Positions 23,955-38,242 of a stretch of 64,000 bases of DNA are shown one piece after another. The notes under the pieces were generated by a model, which was given only the letters and a program-made list of their open reading frames with translations, was not told where the DNA came from and did not search any database. How positions within the stretch are numbered: the stretch's first letter is position 1; every line of letters starts with the position of its first letter. The translations under genes were made by a program, and so were the position numbers. Where the stretch lies: positions 2,167,129 to 2,231,128 of the forward strand of contig BCIN01000001.1 of the NCBI GenBank assembly GCA_039545335.1, written 5' to 3'. Source of the stretch: Kondoa subrosea. Lineage: Eukaryota.

Positions 23955-26060
23955 ATGGTTAATACTACAGAGCAGCCCACTGTGAAACCTGTTGTCGATT
24001 TAGAAAGCGTCAAAAAAGCAGCCGCAGCTGCATTATTTGGACCTGTGCAAATACAAGGTTAGCGGATTTTGACATTTGAATCCAGAGCGGCATCTCACGT
24101 AATCTGCCCTTGTTATGCGCATATACAGAAAACGATGAAAGAGCTCAAGCGGAAGGCCCTCAAGGAGTGACCTTGAATGGATCATCTCCTCCGCTACCAG
24201 CTGCAGGTTACTCTCAGACCGGTGAAACTTTTGTTGGCGTACCTCCTTCTCAAGTCGTTCCAAACACTGCTTTCCCTTCTCTTCCGCCTCCTCAAGTAGC
24301 AAAGACTATTCCTTGCAGATTTTGGCCTTCGTGCCGTTATGGGGTAAGCTTCAGTGCCCAAGTTGCCGCCGAGAGCCGTACTCATGTATATGTATTGCAG
24401 GACGAATGCGCATTCGCTCATGATCCTTCTTTGGCCCCTGCAACTAGTCAAGCTCACGCAGGACCACCGTCTGTTCCTGCTTTACCTACCCCACAAGACT
24501 CACCTGTTACAAGCAGTCCGGCGCAGATGATGTCTCAGCAGCAGCAAGCCCAGCAACAACAACCCGTTCCTCACATGATGGGAGGCTTTTATTATCCTTA
24601 CCCAGCACCAAATGAAAACATGATGGGACCTATTCCCCCAATGCAGGACTTCTACCACGGCATGTCTTCACCTCCCCCTTTCCCTGTTCATCAACCTTTC
24701 TACTACCCTCATGCTCCTCTTCCTCAATTCCATAACCAACCTCATCCTGGTTATGTGTATCCCGCTTACCCAACTACTCACCAGCAGCAGCAATGTCAAG
24801 TTGAACGACTGGCTACTTCTCCTCCGACGCACAATGGAATACCTACAGCTCCTCGAGCTCAGCAGCAAGCTCAACAAAAGTTGAATCAATCCCAATCTGC
24901 TGATGAAATGCCTTCGCACGTTAGTACTTCTATTATTCATTGAAGGCCCTGCGCTAATTACTGCTGTAATTTGGCAGAATGGAGGCTCGCCAGACCAGCA
25001 TCAACAGCCTCAAGAAGGCGATTATACTTATTTCCAAACCAATTCTACAGAAGCTTTGATGGCTGCTTCTGGTCTGCCAACTTCTAAAACACCGAACCAA
25101 CAATCTCCTTACCCAATCAACTCTATGTCTTCCTCTGCTAATCGTCGAGCAGCTTCTTTACCCGGATCTACATTTGTTTATTCTCGCTCGCCAAATAATT
25201 CAGCTTTCGCTCCTTTATCAGGTGGAGGAGGTGGGAAGATGAAATTTTCGCATCCTAGATCGGCAATGCCCTGCACTTATTTCCAAATCAACAAATGCCG
25301 AAATGGGGATTCATGTCTTTTCGCTCATTACCTATCCGACGGAAGCGATGCCAAACTTCAAGGCAAGAACATTGTTGGTCCAGATGGAACAGAGGGAGAT
25401 CCTTATGTGTTGGAAAACTTCAGGAAATCGGATGCGGCTAGGAAAGAGAGTCTGAGGTTTGAGAAATTAGCTGGTGGTGGTGGTCAAAGAGGTAGACAAG
25501 AGACTTACCCACCTTTCCGATATTCCAATGGAAATGGGATGAAGGAATTGCCTAGAGGAAGATTTTCTGGCTTGAACGGAAATCAAGAGATGGCCATTAA
25601 CGGTTTTAAAGAACAGCAACAAGTCAAACCTACTCTTTTACCTCATTCAGCTGCAACCACGAGAGCTTCTTCAAACCAACGCATTCCAAACGGTGCTGAT
25701 TTCCCTGCTTTGGCTGGTCCTACTACCCCAGTCTCTGAGAAGCAAGCCGACTTCCCTTTTACTAAATCGGACAAGAGCGAAGACGCAGCTGCTCCTGTTT
25801 TACCAGAATCGACACTTACTGACTCTACTCCAGTGGAAGTCACTACGACTGAACAATCTAAAGCAGCAGCGGCTACTAACAAGCTCTCCTTTTCTTTCGC
25901 GACTGCTGCCGCTAGAGGAGCTACTGTTCCTCCTCCAGCTCAACAGCAACAACAAAAGAAGACTCGATCAACCTCGCAACAGATCTCTCATTCACACGTT
26001 TCCCACTCCGAGCACCACGGTAATCAAGAGAAGACTCCTATGCAAGTTGCCGTCGCTTGA
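23955..26060 (+). CDS. Low-complexity protein with two separated CCCH zinc fingers (probable RNA-binding protein)
   Basis: CRFWPSCRYG|DECAFAH and CTYFQINKCRNGDSCLFAH; P/Q-rich linkers; three introns. Confidence 0.8.
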
Positions 26061-26563
26061 GCTTGGTGTTTGATCAATGCCAATCTGTTCTTCTATTTGG
26101 TCATTTCTGTCAACCTGTGATTATTTGCCTCAAGTTGAAGTTATATGAAGCGTAGGTTAAGACGTAGTGTTCAGGTCCTGATTTGCAGGCCCAGTCGTTC
26201 CCGATGCATTCAGGTTGTATGTCAACTCCTTGTATTATCTTAGCACGTTCATTACTATCCTACTGTTCTGCTTCTACTGACCATCGATCACTCAAATTAC
26301 TCCATTTCCTTTATCCTGATTTTGGCCTTGTTCTTCTTGCGCTCCATACATGTCATACACGCCATCTTCATTTCGTATCTTTCCCTTGAAAACGTGATTA
26401 TAGTGGAGGGTTATGGCTCTAAGCATTCATCGACTGAAAGAAAATTGCAAACATGCTACTCGTAACCATTCTACAGCAAACTAAATAACGAAGATGTAAA
26501 CTTTGGTCTATGCAAAGGAAAAGTGTCTGAATACTATTATAGATTGTCCTTGTTCAATTTGTT

Positions 26564-29127
26564 TCACGCCAATTCCGCCAGTTCTTCAGGTAAAGACCCT
26601 GTATATGAATAGTCTGACCCAATCGTCTCGTCCGAAACATGTCTTTCTTTGCCTGTTGCTTCTGAAACAGACGGCAAACCTTGACTGGCTGATGAACGGG
26701 GCGCGACGGGGAGGTTGGGGAAATCTTTATCGACCAGCGAGGCATCAGAGATTGATGTAGACATATTCATGTTATCCATTGAAAGACTGGGTGGAAGTGG
26801 GATTGATTGCGGTGTTTGATGCTGGTCTTCTATAACCTCAGCTAATAGTGATGGTTCGGAATGATCCGTCTCGGCGTCCATGGCATCGTGATAGATTGAA
26901 ATATGCGAAAGTGGTCGATCAGACATACCGAAATCCGAAATAGAGGTGGAAGCAGGTAAAAGAGAGTGACGTTGATTTGTTGGCTCTTGTATCATCTCTA
27001 TTACTGCCTCTTGAGCTTGTATCGGTTGCTCGACATGTACTACTTCAGCTTGCATCGGAGGAGAAGGTAGGGGTCTCGCCGGTTCAGCTGCCCGAGCTTG
27101 GTGCTCTTCAACTCGAGCAGGGGGCGTAGGTAATGGCCTTGATGGAGCTGAAATCAAAGCATCAGCAGAAGAGCCAGAGATTGGCTCTCCAATAGGAGTT
27201 GAAGGTCGACTACTGCTGATCAAAGTAGTCGCGTCGCTAGGTTTCGATACGTGTACCCGAAGTCCTTGCATGGATGTTTGATCTGCTTCTTGCTGCTGGA
27301 CCTCTTCGAAATCTTGCGTATTCCTAGGAGCACAAGGTAAAGGAGCAGAAGGTAGTGAAGGCGAGTAAGTGGACGCAGTAGCATGATTACCATCTTCTAC
27401 CACTTGTGCATTCGATGCATCGAAAGATGGAGTTGGCGAGTTAGGTGAAGCAGGTAAGTCTGACCATTTCTTGGGTCTGACTGATTTGAACGAGATTGAG
27501 ATTCGTTTGCGCTCTTTGAGTTCCTTTTCCTTCTTCTTAGATTTTGTTCCTTCTTCTTTCGGTGACACACTTCTGGTGCTCCCGTTCTTGGTAAGAGCAG
27601 ATGCTACTGCCTTTAGAGATGCACGCGAAGAAGATGCTCGGAGATTTATGGATCTTTGAGGAATTGGTTGTTCAAGCTTGATCTCTTCTGCTTTATTTTC
27701 TGGTTGAGAAGTAGGGGAAGGCAGAGGAGAGACTCCTTGTTGGTAAGAGGACCGACGCTCAGGTAAATTCGTAAGCTTGGGCTGACTTTCTGAATCATTC
27801 ATTTTGTTATTTGATCGGACCGATCTAATGGTATTATATTGAGGTTGATCACGTGAAGGCGAAGGACTAGCAGCTGGTTCATGTGGTAAAGAGCTCGACG
27901 ATTGGGTGAGGGTTGTTTCAACCGAAGATGAAGCAGCGGAAGATGAGCAAGAATAGGTAAGAGGCGGTGTTTTCATGGGAGCTTCAGTAGACAGTTCTCG
28001 CTGTGCTTCTTTGGGTATCGCAGGAACGGCGGGTGTTTTGCCAGTTCGAAACCAGTTAAAGAATTTGCTTGACTTGCTCCTTGACCGAACGTGTGTGCTG
28101 TCCGCATCCGATGCCTTCCAATTATGCATGAGTACGTCATTACTCTTAAGGAGGCACGCGGGACCTACTGAAACAGCATTGTTCATCTTTGACTTCTTCG
28201 GCGATTTCGGCGCTCGTGGTATTGCTTCACTGCTACTAGCTGCTCTAGGTCTCATCATTGGCCTTTGTGCTTCCCTGATGTTGTGCAATTGAGAATCCGA
28301 TTGACTGAGTGGACTACCCATTGATAGCACATCCAGACCGTTGCAAGACTTGCTTCTTCGCTTATCAGCTTTCGAAGTCAGACCATATGATCGAGAACTG
28401 GAGGCTGAAGGTGCAGCTGATGTAGCTGGAGAAGAAAGACCGGTCTTCTCTGACCACGGGACAGGTGAAACAGATCTTAAAGAAGGAGACGTAGATCGGG
28501 AGCTGCCTGCTGCTGGTAAATTGGTGAAGCTGCCTGTAGGTGAAGCTGTGAAGACAGAATGCCGTGAAGAAGGTAGAGGAGGTGGTAAAAGTGCATCATC
28601 TGTCATCAAGAGGGTCAATTCACAAGAATTGCTGACTGTGCAAGAAAACTTACAAGGTGATGAAGACGTGAAGCTGTAGCCCCATGGATCAGTCAAGTCC
28701 AATCCAGCTATCGAGTTGGGGTTAATATCTGTTGAAGGTGTAGAGCGCATAGAAGGTCTTCCGCCGAAAGTTGATAAGGGTCGTGAATGCTTCGAAGCGT
28801 CAGAATTAGCTTCCGCTTTTATGTACATCCGCCAACTAGACTCACTGTTGATACTGTATCCGACTTATCAAAGATCTCTGATCCCAAACGACTCCTCGAT
28901 CTCCCAGACCTCATTGATCCAACAGTAGAATAATCATCTCTCATGATTGATTTCCCGTTGCCTTCAATACCAGGGAATTGGTTGAAGAAGAGCAGACTTG
29001 ATTGCGACTGCCGGTACTGCTCCTGCATAGCTCGGGTTGACATGGAGTTGGTCATTCTTTGCTGTGGAATTCGTAACGATTCAGATGTGTCGTTTGCTGG
29101 AATCTGATGTTCATATGTTGCTGCCAT
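26564..29127 (-). CDS. Uncharacterised S/P-rich disordered protein
   Basis: ORF 28819-29127 joins the 754-aa ORF through intron GTGAGT..GCTAAT..AAG; no recognisable domain. Confidence 0.7.
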
Positions 29128-29763
29128 GTAATAACTTGCGAAGCCAAGCGATCGTTAAGACAAAGAAAAGCAGTACCTAAGCGCAAATTTGTCAATCGAA
29201 CTCAAAGCCAATCAATAAGACCGGGTGCCTTGGGTTGCGAAGTATGCTATTGTACTTGTTTGCGAGTCGTCCTGGATTGATGGCTCGTCGTAGAAGTCCA
29301 GCACAGACCCAGGTCTGCGATTTGACAATATTGTCACGAGGTGCACTGTTTTGTGTTGGATTTACCAATGGGGCGTCCAAAGAAAGGAATCCGCCGGTCT
29401 TGCCGTACTTCTTGCTCTCTCCAATGCTGATGCTGGGTATAATTCTGTTTGAAGTTGGCAACAGCGGAAGAACCCCCGAGAAAAACAAGCGAGCGGCACA
29501 GGCTTGCTTTGCCGGCTTTGGGGTGAATTCGTCTTGTGCCAAGGGCTCAGCAGCTAGGCTTGATTCACAGTAGTAGTAGTAGTCGCGTGTAACAAGGATC
29601 AGAGTACTTTGGAAAACTGAAACATCAAGTTCGACTCGGTTCGAATTGTAACCTCAATGTGATCCGTTGATCCATATTCTCCTGCTACGAACGTCGTCTC
29701 ACTACACTTACTTGCCCTTGATAGTCGTGAACGATCTTGAAATGCAGATAAATTACAATTGGG

Positions 29764-31140
29764 CTAGGAAACTAGAACGAATAGTAACTGTCAAGCAAGA
29801 GTTTGTTTCAGTCACATACGTGAATGCAGTAATCGCTACTGACGAAGAAAATGATCATGACACCGAAAAGCTTGAGCATCATCGCTCGATTGCCGGAAAT
29901 ATTAGTGTAGTATCTGTAGGAGATCGGTCATCTTCCAGTCAGTTTGCTCAGGTCCGACAGCGCACCTAAGCAACTCTCTTTGAGCACCTCCGACATTGTT
30001 TGCAATATCTGAAGTATCCGCGTCAATGCGTTGGACCGTTTCACCTTGCTGAGCGACCATTTGCGCTAATTGAGAGAAAATCTGGCCCAGCTCCGCTATC
30101 GTAGATTCGATGGATTCAATTGCTGTAGATCGCGAGGCAAGATAGTTGTCCTGATGAAGGCATTGCATGGTATAAGTATAACGTACACCCGGAGCGGAAT
30201 TCAAGAACTGACATCTTGTTCCACTAGGGACATCTGCTGGAAGCCTCCATCTTGACCTCCTCTTCCAGCTTCCATATTACTTTGACCCATGTCTAAGGCC
30301 AGGAAATCGTTCTCTTTGCCTTTGCCCTTAGAATCCGGTACGTTTCTACCTCTCATGCCTGATAAAGAAGTAGAAGCTCCAGTTTGGTGTGACGACATGT
30401 TCGTTGAGTACAAGGGCGAATCTGGTAACGATTTGCGAGCACGAAGCTCTTAGTCGATCAGTCAATTCAATCACACCAAAAGATTAAGCGGAAGAAATTC
30501 ACCTGAAGCAGGACCATTAGGTATTGAAGAAGGCATAGAACCTGAAGTTGCTGAATTCCCAAAGACTTGACCTCTTTCTCTACTCGCCTTCATATTCTGC
30601 GTTCTAATTTCCAAAACATCCTTGAATCCAATACTTGCGTTAGCTAGTCTGCCTTGTAACATCATGACTACGTTGTTGTTGTGTTCTTCTAATGGTTTCT
30701 TGCCTTGCGTGGGTACTGTAGAACGAAGTGTTTGTAATTGACCGATTTGCTGATTCAGTGAAGCGATATCTCTCTTGATGATATAAGTCAATTCTGATAC
30801 TTCGACCGGCCTGTCATCGAACATAGTCTTCCTCTTCGCGACTTTGAAGCACATCCCAATCAGCTCCGTGTCATTAGGGCATGCAAGGTAGCGCACGTAG
30901 TGCTAGCTTTTCCAGCTTGGCTGTAGTGGATTGCAAGTCTTTGGAAATTTGTAGAGCATGTCTAGCGAATTCAGAGCGTTGCGAACCAGAACTAGAAGCG
31001 TCTTTGCCTTGGAGGAGTCTTTGCTTGGACTCGTTTTGTATGGGATTGCTGGTTAATCGGAATCGTTCTACAGCTGCTAGGAATTCCGGCGTCCTGTTGG
31101 TTGCGCGGAGGCTCTGCTGCACAGAGTTATAGCTGGACAT
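29764..31140 (-). CDS. SED5: cis-Golgi t-SNARE syntaxin 5
   Basis: NRTPEF N-peptide; AKRKTMFDDRPVEVSELTYIIKRDI; SNARE motif RSTAIESIESTIAELGQIFSQLAQMVAQQGETVQRID; C-terminal TM. Confidence 0.95.
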
Positions 31141-31289
31141 TTTCGTGGTCTAAGAGCAAGCACCACCTCGAGACTCGAGTTTACGTCGCACTTGACGTGA
31201 ACGAACTACTGTTCGTTGAAGCTTTGAATATAACCTAGGAGCTCGCTCTTCTTAGCGTAATGAGGCTGGACTCTTGATCCTTCCGCTCT

Positions 31290-34200
31290 ATGGCAATGTC
31301 GGGAATTATGGATGCGCCGAAAGGGTCGCCAGAACCGCCTTCTCGTACTCACACCTCTGTCGTACGAAGAGACTTCATCAAACCTCGCGTAACATCAGAA
31401 GGAGCGCCTCTGACAGACAATGAAGACAGCGATGATGTCGATGAATTGACAGATCAAGAAGGTCGAAATCCTGAAGCCGAGGACGACATCATGGAGGCTC
31501 CCGTGCTACAGCCAATCAGAATCTCCTCTGTGCGGCGAAGAAGTAGCCATTCACCTACTAGGAGTCGTTCTTCTGTTTCATCTATACAGCTCAATGCCAA
31601 TGCCCAATCATCAGATTCAGCTGAAGGCAGATCAAGTCCAGTCAAACGTATCGTGCCAATCAGCCGAAGCTCTACAGATAATATCCCACGCAAACATCAC
31701 CAAGTCTCCTTCCTTCCTCCGCGACCGGAAAACAAACGGCGACGCACCAATTCTACTCCGCTCTTGATACAAACAGCAAGACGTTCTGGTTCTCAATCTC
31801 CAGAGCTACAAATGTCCTCCAAGTCGGCCAACAAACGGCTTTCGCATCCCCTTCGCTCAGAATCAGCTTCATTACCTCAAGCTCAATTTGATTATACGGA
31901 AGTTACTCCCACTTTCAGACCCTCTGATCCAACTCCTTCCACTTCAGCTAATACACAATATCAACCGGAAGAAGCAGAAGAAATATCTATAACGCGAGAT
32001 TCAGTCCGATCTCGTCGAGAATCCCGCCGCAAATCCATTCTGAATCCGACATCTCCGCCTCCACAATCTGATAACACAGTAGTCTCACAAGATAAGCTTC
32101 GAGACTTGTTAGCTGGAATCGATGTGAACGCCGCATTGGAAATGGTCAAAACTGTACAACAGACTCAAAGAGAAGCAGCTAAACAAGCTGAACAGCTGAA
32201 ACTGTCCTCATCCGCTTCTTCTAGATTCCCCATCAGCCGGAACGAAGATGATATTATCTTAGGCGAAGTACATCGAAAAAGTCCAGAATTGGAGAAAACG
32301 AGGGAGAGAAGGTTCTCTATTGCCAGTTCTTTGGAAGCTGCCAAAAATAAAAGGAGAAGTCGAACGAAGAGTGGGAGTTCATCGATGAGCAAAAGTCATT
32401 CGGTCGCTAGCGTTTTTGGTTTGTCGTCACATCGCAGTGAAAGAAAGGCTAGAGAAGGGTTGGAAGAGCCAAGTTGGTTTCAGGGTGGTCAACGAGTCTT
32501 CGAAGGTAAGCCTCTGATCGATCTGTTTGGGTAAGGCGTGTAATTTTTGACCAGAATCCATGCATCATGTATTCACCGTTCTAAGCAACACAACGCACGA
32601 TAGAGCAAATACAGCAAAAGATAGTCTAGAAGAACGTTATTTGCCTGTATATGAAGCTCTTTCGCTAAAATCCCAGATCCCATCCCTTCTGGATGTTGCT
32701 CGTTGGCGTCAGAATCAAGAAGTGCTGGCGAGATCGTGGCCGAATCCCATGATATCTAGTTCCAGCGGCTTATCTGTCGACTCTTCTCTCGCTAAGTCTG
32801 CCTCTCTTCTGCATCGTTCAGACACGGTCAACAGCGCAGGGTATTCGGATGGTTCATCTGCTCCTTCACTCAATCAGCAAAATCCAATCAAGCCCTCCAT
32901 TCAGCAACGGCAGCATCGCATCAAACGCAAAGACATCGCTAAAGACCGATCTGTATGGAGCATATCACCTCACCAGCTTACCGAGTTCTTGAGTGTTGCA
33001 GCGGATCAGCAAATGCCAGCGGAAGGGATTGCAAATGGTTCAGTGATAGACCTTGCCGAAACAAGCCAAAACAACAAAGCGAAACTTATGCCAGCAGCTC
33101 AAATCGATTCCAATCATGAAAGATCAAATTCTCTTCGATCTGTTGCTTCTCGTTCCTCGGCCGCTGCAATGAGTGGTAAATCTCCTCGCTCTATCATGTC
33201 CTTGCGACAGAACAGATCTCCCCGCAAAATGCTCGAACCTATTTCCACTTCACCAAATCATCAAATGTCCTTTTCTGCTTCACCGACTGGTTCGTTGGAG
33301 CAGACTTGCGAGTCGCCTTCGAATCTCAACTCCAATGCTACCGTGACAAACAAAGTTAGAAAGATGAACGGCTCCGCCATACCTCAAACCCATTCTGACG
33401 CTGAATCATATTTACCTTCTTCGAGACCAATGGAGAGAAGAGGATCAGCTTCGACTGATGCTTCTGATTTCTGGAGTCCAGAAACTAGTGATGCGGATCG
33501 GGGAGCTGGACCATCACATCGTCACGTTTTGAGCGGAAGAAGATTAGCCAATCGATTAAGAGGAAGAACCAGAACGCATGATGATTCTGATTCGCTACAT
33601 CCTACTGATCATGAAGAGGAACGACACAGGAAAAACGGGTTCTTGGCCTCCTTAACCAACATTCATGGCGGATTGTACGATTCTACACCATTGTGGAAAT
33701 CGCCAAAGATGGATGGCCAGAATTCTTTGAAGAACAGCCAAGCTTTCTCCACATCTGTACCATTAGATCAACCGCCGGATCCCTTCGCTGATCAATTGCC
33801 TTGGTCAATGATTTTGGGTTTGGATATCAGCGGACCTGTTTTCCCCGCAAAGCGTAGACCTGTCCCGAAGACTGTAGAAGATGTTCAAGCAGTCTCTGAG
33901 CAGGAAGGGTCAGTACATGAGCCATTGCACAGTAACGAGTTCGATCTGATTTGGGTATAGTCTCGCAAAGGATATATCTGCCTTTCTCAAACGTACAACA
34001 GATCTTGAAGTCACTGGTCCGGCAGCTATAAGACATCATCTTGAACACTTGCAAACGCAAAGCATGCAAACCAAGATGCTTTCGCGGCAATCAATCAACT
34101 GTCAGACCGCTCAAGTCCAGCTCTGTTCTAATCTCAAGGAAGAGATCTCTCGCTTGCCACTCAACATGGACTGTAGGTCTTTTCATCGCAGAAGGGACGG

Positions 34201-35018
34201 AGAAGAATATTCGAGCGATATTGGCAGTGAGAGTGCTGAAGCTCAATCAGATGATGATGAACGCGGGACGCCTCTAAGCTCTACGACACGACATAGAGAT
34301 CCAAGGAGACAAGCTTCCGCTGGGTCGCCTTCTACACCTGCATCAGCTTCGACTTTTGCCACACACAGTCGTCGATATACAGTAGCCTCGAGTAATCGAG
34401 CTGAAGGTCTCAAAGATCGATCTAGTCGTCTCCAGGTAGATCTTTTGCCGGCCATCCCAAAGAAGATGGAAGGTCTTGAAACCGCTGTCAAGGCTGCTGT
34501 TTCTCGATTCGAATCGTTGCAGGGAAAGCAAGCGGATTTGGTCGAGCGGATTGCGGCGCAAGTACAATTGGCACAGAAGATCAACAGAAGGGTATTGGAG
34601 AGGAAGACCAAGGTGTGTACATGCATTCTGCTGATGTAAGATTCTAATACTTTTGCGACAGATTGCCCTTCCAAGTATTAAATCTTCTGCAAAATCCCCA
34701 GAGTCAGCTTTCATGGCTGCTCTATGGTCTTTTTGCGGCTTCTGCATCTCCTATCTCCTTTCTTCCGTCGGTGTCCTACTGACCGGCCAATTTTGGATTA
34801 TATTTGGATCTATGGCCGCAGCTATCTGCCTGTCACGTCTCTTCCTAGATTGGAAACAAATGAGTAACCCTCTCCCATCAGGCCCTTGTCCATATTTTCT
34901 TGTCGGTATAGTTGTCTTTTCAGCTCATGTCTATTCCCGGTCATGGAGATTCTCTGCAACAAGTGTCGTGGTTGGTTTCGGCTGGTTGCGCGTATTCGGC
35001 ATCATAGACTTTCCATAA
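31290..35018 (+). CDS. Large uncharacterised protein: disordered, coiled coil, hydrophobic C-terminal membrane segment(s)
   Basis: Four long co-oriented ORFs joined by canonical introns (GTAAGC, GTATAG, GTGTGT); C-terminal hydrophobic stretch. Confidence 0.7.
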
Positions 35019-35127
35019 TGTGTCGTGAATGTACAGCAGCATCAGGCACTTCACTTGTAGCAGCCATCCTTTTTAGTGTGCGCGACTGGATTAGGTGTCG
35101 ACATTCTCGTACTACTGAACAGATCCC

Positions 35128-36626
35128 ATGGCGTGCGCTCTGCCTCTTTCGCGCCAAAAAAGCAATTATTGACATGATGACAGATTCAGCTTTAGCAAGC
35201 CTGCAACGCCATTCTCGTTTGGAAGTCCAGCTGGAGGTAGTACATCACAGCCTGCTGCTTCTTCTCCCTTCAGCTTCGGAACGAAGCCAGCTACTCTAGC
35301 TTCTACCTCGACTCCAGCATTTTCTTTTGGGTCAGCTTTCAATTCAAGCTCTTCAGTCTTCTATACGCTTAAGTCTTGTACAGAGCACCAGCTCCAACCG
35401 CAGCTAGCACCGGAGGACTATTTGGATCGACCCAAGCACCAGCTAGCTCAGGCTTATTTGGTCAGACTCAGCAACAATCTCAACCTGCTCAGCAACAACC
35501 TGCATCGAATCCATTCGGCGCTAGTCAGCCTAGTACAGGCTTATTCGGTCAATCTCAGCCTGCTCCTGCTAGTAGTGGATTGTTTGGGAGTCAACTTCAG
35601 CAAGGAGGTCTGTTTGGAAGTACATCTCAACCTCAACAGCAAGCGCAGCAACAGCAAGCACCTGCGACGGCACTTTCGAAAAGCACTAAATTTGAAGAGT
35701 TGCCTGAAACTGTGAAAAAACATCTGCAAGAGTTTCAGTAAGTCGTCGGCGTCTCTTCCGCTGTCTCGTAGCTTTCGGGTTGACGAATCTTCGCAGAACC
35801 AATTTGGATGCGAAGAAAGCTATAGCCGAAGAACTAAGTAATAAGGATCTGGGCGATAGCTTATCGAAGACTGCTATACGGATACGAGAAGTATTATCCG
35901 TGCGCTCTTTGTCTCTACCGTCGCTGCAATCCCTTGAAATCACCTCTGCAGGACTTCAACAACCTGCTAGCAGTTTTGGATTCTGCTAAATGGTCATCCG
36001 ATGAAGTTCAAAAACGTTTCGAGAGTGATCTGCAAGATGTTTGTCAAGCAGTGAAGATTGTCGACAATCATAAAGGCTCGCAATCTGCTCCAGTAGTCAA
36101 CACAACAACAAAAGGTATTGTGGATTCTGCCTTTCCTTTCAAGTGCGTCCAGAACGTGCTTAGCAAAGTCGACTTAGTTTAGATGGACGATACAGATATT
36201 TCAAACGGAATGCTGAAGATTTGGCTAAGCGGATAAAAATGTATCAAGATACGATTGATGTGAGCTTTCGGCTGCTCCGTCAATGCCAAATAGAGTGGCT
36301 GAATTATGTCTCGTAGCAAATACAAAGTCAGCTAGCGCATCACGATCCAGATCATGTTAAAGGTAAAACTATCATAGCTGATGGCTCTTTCTCGCTAATC
36401 TGTCATGACAGCTATTGTACCGACTCTTAAAGCGCAACATGCATTAGCTCTCTCGCTTGCAGCCAATATTGCCAGCGTACATGATGATTTGGAAGAAATG
36501 AAACAGGTTTACAGAAGGTTATGGCAAGAGAAGACCGGGCATTCAGGAGTCAGGGATCCGTTTCAAGAAGCCGGTATAACGAATGCGCCTGCTGTGACGG
36601 GACAATTGCAGACTCTGAGGATATAG
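35128..36626 (+). CDS. NUP49: GLFG nucleoporin, Nup49/Nup58 (p58/p45) family
   Basis: MA|FSFSKP..FSFG, repeated GLFG, TKFEELPETVKK, coiled coil, AIVPTLKAQHALALSLA..RDPF. Confidence 0.8.
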
Positions 36627-36794
36627 CATACGATAAGATGATCGTTAGATTTCGCAATGAGATCTCAGGGGGTCGCAGGTTCTAAATCATTCTATATGCA
36701 TTACAACAAGCGTATAAATATGGATAAACAGAACATGAGCTATGTATGCAAGTTTGGGCGAAGTGAACAGGAACAAGACAAAATGTTTTTGACA

Positions 36795-37824
36795 TCAAGC
36801 GATAACTTCTGCTTTGTCCTTGGCGGCATCCTTTTGCAGAAGAGCTGCTTCTCTCTGCTTCTTGGCGAAGGCTGCCTTCATTTTGAAGTAGTCCTTGTGC
36901 AAACCTGCCAATATAATGAGTCTCTATTGCTTTTTTACGACAACGTCAGACTCACCACATTCAGTTTTCGCTCCACCAGCCCAGCGACCTGCTCTCTCTC
37001 CTGCATCTAGCCCAGCATCTTTTGCTACAGCTCCGTTGCTTGCTTTTGTGCTATGCCAATCTCCGACTGATTTGTAACCTTGATCAAGGAGTGTGTTGTA
37101 AGGAACGTGGTTTTCGTCAATATAAGATTTTGTTTGTTGGAAAGACCAGTTGGCTAACGGGTTGATCTTCAACAGACCGGTACTGTCTACTTCAATAATT
37201 CTGAGGGAGGAACGATCTCCACCTTGCGACCGGCGACGGCCGGTGAAGACTGCTGCTACGTTGAGTTCTTGATACGCTCTTTGTGCAGGTTCGACCTAGA
37301 AGTAAAAGGACAATGTTATCAGCCCAATCCTTCATGCGCATAAAACCGGCGGAGAGACAAACTTTAACTAAATAATCATAAGAATCTTCGTCCCTGGTCC
37401 ACAGCTCACGGCCGTATTCAGCTTCGAATTCCTGTGTGGTGGAAACCTTGGGAGGTGTGTAAACATGTAGCTTGACGCCATATTTTCTCGAGACTTGCTC
37501 AGCCAGAGCCAAAGTTTCAGGGAAGTGATACAAAGTATCAATAAAGATGAGAGGGACGAGATGTTGAGGAGGAAGACCTGGTAAAGCCGAGCGTTGAGAG
37601 ATCTTGGAAATCATATCCGTTGCAGCTAAGCCCGTAAGACCGAAGGCTGTCGTTTGGTACAAGCCTGGGACATGATGAATTGCCCATTCAATGATAGCTT
37701 GCGGTTCGGCTTCTGCCAATTGTTCGTTTGCTTGATCAATGGCATATTGCGAAAGAACAGGGTGCAATGTCGAGGTCGACTGGACTGGGAGCTGTTCTTC
37801 GACAAAGGCTTGCGAAAAGGACAT
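36795..37824 (-). CDS. MET16: PAPS reductase
   Basis: LYQTTAFGLTGL, FIDTLYHFPET, TGRRRSQGG, KINPLANW, GYKSVGDWHST, ERAGRW, KTECG|LH. Confidence 0.96.
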
Positions 37825-38242
37825 ATTGGCAGGGTGAGGAAAGGGAAGGGGGGGAAAGCTGCACGCTTGGTTTTATGAACAAATGATTACAAAGGTGGTG
37901 ACTAAGAAAACGATGAAAGCAGAAATTGCGTGCTCTCGTAAAAAAAAGGCCGAGATTTGCTTAGTAAGCTGAACTAGCATTTTTCTTCCCAGTGAGCGAA
38001 GAGCCCAGTAGCCTGTGATCACAGGACCGCACTATACAAAGAAGAGCACATGATCACGAATGCATAGATGAGCCTGACAAGGTACAAATAAAAAGTAAGC
38101 ATGCCCTGGTATACGTCTACCCAAAACCGTGAAACCAAAGATGTACAAGATGAATGTGTATAGCGTATAACCATTTTACATCGAAAGAATGTTGCACTGA
38201 TGATGAGTTGTCTTGTCCTTTTGTTGTTGTTTTTTTCCTTGT

